Shown here: in pieces, positions 27,461-34,497 of the stretch
Layout of the letters: each line of letters begins with the position of its first letter
How positions within the stretch are numbered: position 1 is the stretch's first letter
IMG/VR virus record: IMGVR_UViG_3300037634_002400
Span: 1-34,497 of that record
From: a virus
Lineage: Duplodnaviria > Caudoviricetes
DNA: 34,497 nucleotides
Reading direction: 5' to 3' (one strand)
Position numbers and translations under genes: made by a program
The notes under the pieces: generated by a model
What the model saw: the letters and a program-made list of their open reading frames with translations, nothing else
Told to the model about the DNA's origin: nothing
Database searches by the model: none

Positions 27461-27483
27461 CTTAAACTTAGCTAAACAACATA

Positions 27484-28476
27484 ATGGCTTTTTCACCAAC
27501 ATACGACACAACAAACCCAGGAGCGGCGGTTTCTAATCGTGAGGACCTAACAGATATTTTGACTATCTTGGCCCCCGAAGAGACTCCCGTCCTTTCGTCT
27601 GCTTCTAAAACGCAGGCAAACGCAACATTCGTAGAATGGACCGTTGATTCACTCGACGCTCCTAGCACCGCCGGAACTGCTGAAGGTTCTGACGTTACTG
27701 CATTTTCGGATAAATTCAGTGGTCGCGCTCGCCTCGGCAACTACGTTCAAAAGTTTCGCAGAGACTACATGGTCTCGGATCTTCAAGACGCAGTTGAATC
27801 CGTAGGCCCTGCAAAGACTGCTCAAGCAGAAGCAAAGGCACTTCGAGAACTCAAGAGAGACATCGAAGCAACTCTTTGTTCTACTAATGACCGTAGTGCC
27901 GAAGATGGTGCTGGAACAGTTTACAAGCTTCGTGGCTTGGGTGACTGGATTGATTCTTCTGGACCGTCTGACGTTCCAGCTGATTACCGCACTCCTGCGG
28001 CTTCCATTCACGCTACTGGAACGTTTACTGAAACAGTGCTTAACAACCTCATTACTTCCATTTACCGCGTAAATGGTGGATCAAACAACCTGACTCTAGT
28101 TGCCGATACGGCCCTACGTCGCGTTATTAGCGACTTTGCTCGCCTTGATCCAGATGGTGATGCCGCTGGAACTTCTATCCGCAATGTAAACTACAACGGT
28201 GGATCTGCTCAAATTAAGCTCAGTGTTGAGCTTTATCAATCAGATCACGGAGTTGTTTCGATTGTAAACATGAATCCTGATTGTGCTCCTGATACGACCA
28301 ACAAGGATACCGGATATTTGATGCAGCCCGAGTACATGTCTGTTGCAGAACTTATTCCAACTGGTTCTACTCGCTTGCCAAATCTTGGCGGTGGTGAACG
28401 CGGAATAGTTGACTCAACCCTCACCCTTTGCGTAAAGCACCCAGGTGCTTTTGGCAAAATCACGGCTCTTAGCTAA
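27484..28476 (+). CDS. Major capsid protein (DUF5309/SU10-like)
   Basis: NREDLTDILTILAPEETP, EWTVDSL, NYVQKFRR, ELKRDIE motifs; 330 aa. Confidence 0.88.
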   Translation: MAFSPTYDTTNPGAAVSNREDLTDILTILAPEETPVLSSASKTQANATFVEWTVDSLDAPSTAGTAEGSDVTAFSDKFSGRARLGNYVQKFRRDYMVSDLQDAVESVGPAKTAQAEAKALRELKRDIEATLCSTNDRSAEDGAGTVYKLRGLGDWIDSSGPSDVPADYRTPAASIHATGTFTETVLNNLITSIYRVNGGSNNLTLVADTALRRVISDFARLDPDGDAAGTSIRNVNYNGGSAQIKLSVELYQSDHGVVSIVNMNPDCAPDTTNKDTGYLMQPEYMSVAELIPTGSTRLPNLGGGERGIVDSTLTLCVKHPGAFGKITALS

Positions 28477-28496
28477 ACTACAGGAGGTACATTAAA

Positions 28497-28973
28497 ATGG
28501 CTATCGAACTAAAACAAATTGGCGACATCCAAACATTAGCATTGGGCTATACCCACGAAGCGTCACTTGATGCTTCGGAATTGTCAGCTTCAACAGGGTC
28601 ACAAACGACCGCTGTTCAGGTTGGCGAAGCCGCAATGGCTGGAGTTATTGCTAAAGCAGCAATTATTGTTGACGAACTAGTAACTGCTGATGTTAGCACT
28701 GGTAGTGCTGTCAGCGATGCTACTATTGCACTTGGCGATGATGGGGACGACAATGGTTTTGTTGCCGAAGTAAACTGCTTCACGGGCGACACTGCTAATC
28801 TTATCTATGAGAACACTGGGGCTCTTCTAAATGGAGCAACCTCTACTTCTCATCTTGTAAGTGCAGTAAATATTGACTCCAATGGAACCGGCAATGGTTT
28901 TGGAAACGCTACTAAAGGTAAATTTAGAATCCTTGTAGCTTATTACCCAACCGCTGGTAAATTGCACAGTTAA
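28497..28973 (+). CDS. Putative capsid decoration/minor structural protein
   Basis: Strong SD (AGGAGG); Ala/Thr/Gly-rich; after the capsid gene and before a terminator. Confidence 0.55.
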   Translation: MAIELKQIGDIQTLALGYTHEASLDASELSASTGSQTTAVQVGEAAMAGVIAKAAIIVDELVTADVSTGSAVSDATIALGDDGDDNGFVAEVNCFTGDTANLIYENTGALLNGATSTSHLVSAVNIDSNGTGNGFGNATKGKFRILVAYYPTAGKLHS

Positions 28974-28997
28974 TAATTCTTTTAAATAAAATTATTC

Positions 28998-29035
28998 AAA
29001 GGGAGGTCAGGCCGGTTCTGGCCTCCCTTTTTTTT
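28998..29035 (+). terminator. Intrinsic terminator after the capsid genes
   Basis: GGGAGGTCAG-gccggtt-CTGGCCTCCC-TTTTTTTT. Confidence 0.9.
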
Positions 29036-29060
29036 ATAAAATTTATTAAAACCCTAGATA

Positions 29061-29366
29061 ATGGAAATAATTACAAAGCTACCTACTTATTCTGACGGCG
29101 AAATTAATCGAGCGTTTATGCGTGAAATTAAAAACGGATTTAAGCTAGAACGCGAAACCGAAGACGCTAGGGAAGCTGCTGTTGCTAAAGAAGCAAAAGA
29201 AAACGTAGGAGTTGAGCATCCTGTTCTTGGTCGCCCAATTGCCAGTTTTGACCCTCGAACGTTTTTTAGATTAACTCAAAAATACGGACAAGAAGAAGTA
29301 CACAGTGTAGAGTTTTTAAAAGATTACCAAAAAAGATTTCCACATCTTTCTCCTAATGCAATTTAA
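29061..29366 (+). CDS. Hypothetical protein (head completion region)
   Basis: 101 aa; overlaps the next gene. Confidence 0.65.
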   Translation: MEIITKLPTYSDGEINRAFMREIKNGFKLERETEDAREAAVAKEAKENVGVEHPVLGRPIASFDPRTFFRLTQKYGQEEVHSVEFLKDYQKRFPHLSPNAI

Positions 29367-29982
29367 AACTAATAAATCTTTATACGATTTAATTTCTGCA
29401 CTAGCAGGAACAGATAATTTTACATCTACTGAGCGTGATTTTTTGCTTAGTATGGCTAATCGTAGATTTTACGAAGCATATCAAACATCAGATATTTGGC
29501 CTAGATACTTAACGGTTGGGGAGGCTAGGGCAATTTCCTCTTCAGTTGTTCCATACACTGAAGGATCTCTTAACGAAATTGCTCAGTTTATGAGAATACA
29601 TAGACTTGAGCCTTTTCTTAGAAATTCAACAATAGAATTTGATTTCTTTGTTGATTCAAATGGTGCTCATGTTGAGAATTTAGTCCCTACAGACAGCACC
29701 ACCGTATATGTAACATACAAAAAGGTTTTAACTGATTTGACTACGTTAGACTACGATGGAGAACTGGGAACCCAACTGGTTCCAATTGAGTTTTTTCATT
29801 TTATGGGACACGCTACATATGCAGACTTTTTAAGAATGGATGGACAGCTAGAAAAAGCTATTACCGAAGAAAATATTGCTAAACAGTATTTAGATACTGA
29901 ACTAGAGAAGGCTGAATCAGTAGCTAACATAAACGCTCTTAACACAAGAATTAACACACACGTAAACCGACAATCACGATAA
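29356..29982 (+). CDS. Putative head-tail adaptor / tail tubular protein A
   Basis: 208 aa; helical N-terminus with ...ANRRFYEAYQTSDIWP and C-terminal VP..F...M...YAD pattern; position after the capsid genes. Confidence 0.55.
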   Translation: MQFKTNKSLYDLISALAGTDNFTSTERDFLLSMANRRFYEAYQTSDIWPRYLTVGEARAISSSVVPYTEGSLNEIAQFMRIHRLEPFLRNSTIEFDFFVDSNGAHVENLVPTDSTTVYVTYKKVLTDLTTLDYDGELGTQLVPIEFFHFMGHATYADFLRMDGQLEKAITEENIAKQYLDTELEKAESVANINALNTRINTHVNRQSR

Positions 29983-30291
29983 ATGAATAGTTTAGTCACA
30001 AACCTATATCCTCACCCAAACTCAACGGTTGCTGGGGAAAACCTATCCTGTGCCACAACAGGATCTGGTGTTTCTTTTGCTGCTTTTGACAGCGACACAA
30101 AATACGTAATGATCGATGTACAAGACAATAATGTCATTGTTACATTTGATGGTAGCGTCCCTACCGCATCTAATGGTCATCTTCTTCTAAAAGAGAAGGG
30201 ACTCATTACCCTTAGCTTTCAAGCTGCTAAGGCTGCTAAATTTCTAGGTGTATCTGGTGCTTCAATAGTTCACGTTTCACAATTTGTGTAA
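29983..30291 (+). CDS. Small beta-rich virion protein
   Basis: 102 aa, VTFDGSVPTASNGH motif; structural context. Confidence 0.5.
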   Translation: MNSLVTNLYPHPNSTVAGENLSCATTGSGVSFAAFDSDTKYVMIDVQDNNVIVTFDGSVPTASNGHLLLKEKGLITLSFQAAKAAKFLGVSGASIVHVSQFV

Positions 30292-30455
30292 TGCACCCCG
30301 AAATAAACAAACTTGGAATTGGGACGGCAGGGTCAATACTTGCTGTATCTTTTCAAGGTGTTAGCGAGGTAATGTCTATTCTCGCTTCGGTGTGTACCAT
30401 TGCGTACATGGGTCTTTGGGTATATAAAACAATAGTAGAATTAAGAAAGCGATGA
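30291..30455 (+). CDS. Small membrane protein, holin/antiholin-like (54 aa, absent from the ORF track)
   Basis: MHPEINKLGIGTAGSILAVSFQGVSEVMSILASVCTIAYMGLWVYKTIVELRKR; TAATG and ATGA overlaps with its neighbours; hydrophobic with a basic tail. Confidence 0.7.
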   Translation: MHPEINKLGIGTAGSILAVSFQGVSEVMSILASVCTIAYMGLWVYKTIVELRKR

Positions 30456-30862
30456 GTGGTGAGCTAGTGGCAATGCTTGGAGGAGGGGTCACGGGATTTG
30501 TAATGAAACTAATCTCGGCCCAAATGAACATCCAAGCCAATGCCATTAAGTCCATGATTCAGAAGCAGGGGGTTTCGGATGCTTCAGCAGACAGAGCAGC
30601 AGAACGATCAGGAGAAAGCGGAGCATGGGTGCGTAAACTCATTGCCATGTGTATCCTTTTTTCGGTGGTATTTGCTCCCTTCATCATGGCATTCTTTGAC
30701 ATACCAGTAACGGTGGAGGCAAACAAACTGGGTATATTTAAATTTTTAGGAATCGGATCAGATAAGTGGAAACATTTAGAGGGCTTTGTATTATTGCCTG
30801 AAGTAAGGCAAGGGATGCTGGCTCTACTAGGTTTCTATTTTGGAAGTTCACAAGTTAAATAG
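30452..30862 (+). CDS. Putative holin (3TM GTA-holin-like)
   Basis: Hydrophobic segments, WVRKLIA and terminal LLGFYFGSS motif. Confidence 0.65.
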   Translation: MSGELVAMLGGGVTGFVMKLISAQMNIQANAIKSMIQKQGVSDASADRAAERSGESGAWVRKLIAMCILFSVVFAPFIMAFFDIPVTVEANKLGIFKFLGIGSDKWKHLEGFVLLPEVRQGMLALLGFYFGSSQVK

Positions 30863-30925
30863 GAAATAAAAAATCTGTCCACTTTTTTGTTACAAAAACT
30901 GGACATTATTTGTCACAATTGTTAA

Positions 30926-33100
30926 ATGGATAGGTACGAACAATACGGAAAACTAGATGATCGTCCAATAAAGGACATAGAGTCTGGATTTAAAGGGTTT
31001 AACAATCGACTAAGACCAGACCAACTTCCTAGCGGAGTGCTTGAAGAGTCTCTTAATGGAAGATGTGATTTGGGTGGAGAGTGGCAAACTAGAAAGGCTA
31101 TTCAGATTAAGTTAGCACCATTCGCAATCCCTAACTTTGTTCTTCCATTTAATTTATATGCAAATGTAACTAGCAGTAGTCTTTCTGGCCCATCTACTGG
31201 TGTTATTACTATTAATTTTTCATCTGCTCACGGAATTACAGATCAAACTCTAGTTAATGTAAGCGGAATTACTGGAGTAACCCCCGATCCAAACGGCAAT
31301 AAAATTGCAACCGTAACTAGTGCAACAGCTTTAACTATTGCTGAGACTGGAGCAACTGGAACAGCAGGTGGAACTGCTACGGTTGGATCTGCCCATTTAG
31401 ATGACAATGCCATTGTTAAAATATATGGTTCTATGTCTTTTTATGATGACGCAAATAACAATGCTTCATACATTTTAGTTGCCGGAAACACAAGTGCTAC
31501 CGCATTTAACCTAAGCACAAACGCAACAAGCAGCATTGCGTACCCGACTGGAGTAACCATATCCCAAGATGTTGATATGATCCAGTTTGATAATAAGGTG
31601 TATATCCATCAAGACGGTGTCACCGCAATGGAGTGGGACGGTGACTTTACTGGAACACCGGCATTTACAAATGTTCCTAATGGAGATTTTACTCAGCCTG
31701 TATCATTTTCGGTAACTGCTTTTGAGATAACCAATGGAGTTGGGAAAGTAACGGTATCAACTCCATCTACTCACGGATTAAGTGTTGGCGATAAAGTTGT
31801 TTTGACTAGTGTCGGGTCTAGTGGTTTGTCAAAAAATGATGAGTTTTCTGTATCTGAAGTTGGATCAAGTAGTATATTTTTCTTTTCTGTTACGTCTCCA
31901 AACTTGGGCAGCATAAGCGACACAAAATGGACCCAGGCTATATCTCAGGGAATGGGATTTACTCATAGTCCCGCTCCTCCGTTTGCAGTTGTTCATCAAA
32001 AAAGAATGGTTGTTCCATTTAACTATACGATGACTGGATCTTCGGGGAGCCCAACGATAACAGATCGGAAAGTTAGAGATGAACTTTTATTTTCTCTAGT
32101 TAGCGATTCTGATGTATTTGATTACATCTATGGGCAGTTTAAATTCATGTCTAAGAAATCAGATTTTGTAGTTGGGGTTCATAGTTTTTCTGATGACCAA
32201 CTTGTTGTTTTAAATCGAGAAAGTATTTTTGTAGTAAGCAATTCATTGGATTTAAAAGAAGCTCAAACAACTTTACTGAGTAGCGATTTAGGCTGTATTG
32301 CTAGATCTTCAATTCAGCAAATTGGAAATAAATTAATGTTTTTATCGGACAATGGAGTATACGCATTAGACTTTAAAGATCTTTACAATTTAAGAGGTCA
32401 AGATATTCCCCTTAGCGAATCAATTAATTCTTCCATAAAGAGAATTAATCAAGACGCTGTTGAAAAAGTAAAATCAGTTTACTTTGATAACAGATATTAT
32501 TTAGCCGCTCCTATTGATGGATCTTCTGAAAACAATGCTGTTTTTATATTTAATTTTTTAAACAAAGAATGGGAAAGCATAGATACGGTTGATGACTCTA
32601 AATGGGATTACAGAGACATTCTTGTAGCAGGAGATGGAAATAACCGTGGGGTGTATGCCGTAAATCAAAATGGCGGAATTCACAGGTTAGACGCTTTAGA
32701 TGCTGGGAGTGATAACATTATTACTCAAATTGGAGGAAGCCTAACTTCTGTTTCGATTAAGGGAGTTGCAAAGACTAGAGCAATACATGGAGATGACCTA
32801 GATCGTAAAAAATGGAAACTTTGGGATTTGCATGTTGAATCTAGTGCTAGTGCAAATTCAAACGCTACACTATCTGCTATTACAGAGAACATTGATGGTA
32901 CAATAGCATTAGGGTCCATAGAGTCTTTTCATAAAGGAGTGCTTGCTAGCGGAGAGGATATCTCAATTAGGGGAAGGTTTGGACCAAATAGGGCATACAG
33001 TATTCAATTTAAATTGGAAAGCACTCAAGGTAGACCAAAAATAAGAGCAGTTAAAATTAGTGGTAGCAAAACCTTTAGAAGTACAAACGAAGCAATATAA
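30926..33100 (+). CDS. Tail nozzle / tail tubular protein B (P22 gp10-like)
   Basis: 724 aa beta-rich; GFKGFNNR N-terminus, LGCIARSSIQQIGNKLMFLSDNGVY, YFDNRYYLA; two inserted HG-motif beta domains. Confidence 0.7.
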   Translation: MDRYEQYGKLDDRPIKDIESGFKGFNNRLRPDQLPSGVLEESLNGRCDLGGEWQTRKAIQIKLAPFAIPNFVLPFNLYANVTSSSLSGPSTGVITINFSSAHGITDQTLVNVSGITGVTPDPNGNKIATVTSATALTIAETGATGTAGGTATVGSAHLDDNAIVKIYGSMSFYDDANNNASYILVAGNTSATAFNLSTNATSSIAYPTGVTISQDVDMIQFDNKVYIHQDGVTAMEWDGDFTGTPAFTNVPNGDFTQPVSFSVTAFEITNGVGKVTVSTPSTHGLSVGDKVVLTSVGSSGLSKNDEFSVSEVGSSSIFFFSVTSPNLGSISDTKWTQAISQGMGFTHSPAPPFAVVHQKRMVVPFNYTMTGSSGSPTITDRKVRDELLFSLVSDSDVFDYIYGQFKFMSKKSDFVVGVHSFSDDQLVVLNRESIFVVSNSLDLKEAQTTLLSSDLGCIARSSIQQIGNKLMFLSDNGVYALDFKDLYNLRGQDIPLSESINSSIKRINQDAVEKVKSVYFDNRYYLAAPIDGSSENNAVFIFNFLNKEWESIDTVDDSKWDYRDILVAGDGNNRGVYAVNQNGGIHRLDALDAGSDNIITQIGGSLTSVSIKGVAKTRAIHGDDLDRKKWKLWDLHVESSASANSNATLSAITENIDGTIALGSIESFHKGVLASGEDISIRGRFGPNRAYSIQFKLESTQGRPKIRAVKISGSKTFRSTNEAI

Positions 33101-34497
33101 TGGCAAATAAACTTATTACTGGAAACTCTTTTAGTACAGGCGATCAAGTTACATCAACTAAACTAAATGCATCAATCAACTCAGCAACTTTTGATAGTGG
33201 TGCAGTAGATGACTCTACAACTGCCATTAGCTCTGGTGCAATAATTGTTAAAGACGCTGGTATAACTCCTGCAAAAATTAGCACAGGTGGTCCGTCTTGG
33301 GATTCTAGCGGAAATGTTTCAGTATCTGGAAATATTGATGTAGATGGAACCACTAATTTAGATGCTGTAGATGTTGATGGAAATGTACAAGTTGACGGCA
33401 CCGTTACCGTAGGCGTAAATGACACAGGACATGATGTTAAGTTTTTTGGCGATACCTCTGGAGCATACATTCAGTTTGATGCTAGTGCAGACAAATTACT
33501 AACTGCTGGTGGCGCTACCGTTGATGTTGTAAAAGACAAGTTGCTTATTGGTGGAACAGCGGTAACAACAACCGCTGCTGAATTAAATGTACTTGATGGT
33601 GTTACTGCAGGAACAATAACGGCAAGTAAAGGAGTAGTCGTAGACAGCAACAAGGACATTGCTAGCTTGCGGAACATAACGCTTACCGGTGAGCTAGATG
33701 CTGGTAGTCTTGATGTCAGCGGCAATGCTGATATTGATGGAACTCTTGAAACCGACGCTTTATCAATTGATGGAACAACAGTTACCTCTACCGCAGCCGA
33801 ATTAAATATTCTTGATGGAGTTACTTCTACTGCCGCTGAACTAAATATTTTGGATGGAGTTACTTCTACCGCTGCTGAAATAAATCTTTTAGATGGTTCT
33901 ACTGCAAACACTGTAGTAAACTCAAAAGCCGTTGTGTACGGATCAGGTGGGCAAGTTGCCGTAACATCTCTTTCTGGAACATTAGCTGACGGCGTAACGG
34001 GAACTACTCAAAGCTCTGGTGATAACTCTACTAAGGTGGCTACCACTGCTTACGTTGATGCTCAGGTTGGAACTTCCGATACTTTGGCTGAAGTTCTTGC
34101 TAACGGTAACACTACTGGATCTACAAACATTGTTGTTAGCAATGGTCAGTCTATAACCACTAACACTATTGCAGAAACCACTTCTGGCTCTGGTGTAACC
34201 ATTGATGGAGTTCTTATAAAAGATAATGCAATTACAGCATCTGGAGAAATAGATGGTGGATCACTAGACATATCTGGTGACGCAGACATAGATGGAACTT
34301 TAGAGGCCGATGCAATAACAGTTAATGGTACAGCTTTAGATACAGTTATTGCAGGAACAACAGTTACAAGCGCAACAAACTCTGCTCATGTTTTAGTAAC
34401 TGACAACGAAAGCACTAACGAAGAAAACCTAATTACTTTTGTAGAGGGGGCAACCTCAAGCACAGGCAATGTTGGTTTGGAGATGGATGGAAATCTT
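33100..34497 (+). CDS. Tail fibre protein (3' truncated; absent from the ORF track)
   Basis: ATG at 33100 overlaps the upstream TAA; open to the window end (MANKLITGNSFSTGDQVTSTKLN...); STAAELNILDG repeats, DNSTKVATTAYV, LDVSGNADIDGTL motifs. Confidence 0.85.
   Translation, partial: MANKLITGNSFSTGDQVTSTKLNASINSATFDSGAVDDSTTAISSGAIIVKDAGITPAKISTGGPSWDSSGNVSVSGNIDVDGTTNLDAVDVDGNVQVDGTVTVGVNDTGHDVKFFGDTSGAYIQFDASADKLLTAGGATVDVVKDKLLIGGTAVTTTAAELNVLDGVTAGTITASKGVVVDSNKDIASLRNITLTGELDAGSLDVSGNADIDGTLETDALSIDGTTVTSTAAELNILDGVTSTAAELNILDGVTSTAAEINLLDGSTANTVVNSKAVVYGSGGQVAVTSLSGTLADGVTGTTQSSGDNSTKVATTAYVDAQVGTSDTLAEVLANGNTTGSTNIVVSNGQSITTNTIAETTSGSGVTIDGVLIKDNAITASGEIDGGSLDISGDADIDGTLEADAITVNGTALDTVIAGTTVTSATNSAHVLVTDNESTNEENLITFVEGATSSTGNVGLEMDGNL
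33781..33897 (+). repeat. Three 39-bp degenerate tandem repeats encoding VTSTAAE(L/I)N(I/L)LDG
   Basis: Units at 33781, 33820, 33859. Confidence 0.9.

Noticed and set aside
520-32919. Many short alternative-frame or antisense ORFs nested in long genes
   Set aside because: They overlap well-supported genes, carry no recognisable motifs and do not fit the operon structure.
33144-33911. Minus-strand ORFs 33144..33470 and 33471..33911
   Set aside because: Antisense shadows of the + strand tail fibre gene, which the ORF track missed because it has no stop in the window.
1-34497. tRNA/rRNA genes, integrase, transposase, reverse transcriptase/DGR, stop-codon recoding
   Set aside because: None recognised; genes are intact and tightly packed under the standard code.

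Overview
This window is most of the genome of a tailed dsDNA phage with podovirus-like gene content; it reads as a circularly permuted fragment and is cut inside genes at both ends. 1-8.8 kb (+): internal virion/ejection module, with a collagen-repeat protein, a 330-aa protein and a 1969-aa polyvalent protein carrying HExxH peptidase and ART-like segments. 9.1-14.9 kb (-): replication/recombination module (DnaA-C-like protein, metallophosphoesterase, endonuclease VII, PD-(D/E)xK nuclease, SSB-like protein, TOPRIM primase-helicase; no DNA polymerase). 15.0-15.9 kb: densely structured non-coding region. 15.9-18.9 kb (+): amidoligase plus GATase-GGCT fusion operon. 19.1-20.3 kb: GC-rich non-coding region with an array of minus-strand GNA-triloop / tandem G.A DNA hairpins flanking an orphan ORF, then a G-run near a possible packaging terminus. 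20.4-34.5 kb (+): terminase, portal, scaffold, major capsid, adaptor, holins, tail nozzle and a truncated tail fibre. The best novelty candidates are the two structured non-coding regions (both opened by the same 11-mer), the polyvalent ejected protein, and the amidoligase/GATase-GGCT module with a possible frameshift-added membrane anchor. All protein calls come from motif recognition by eye; no database search or folding program was run.
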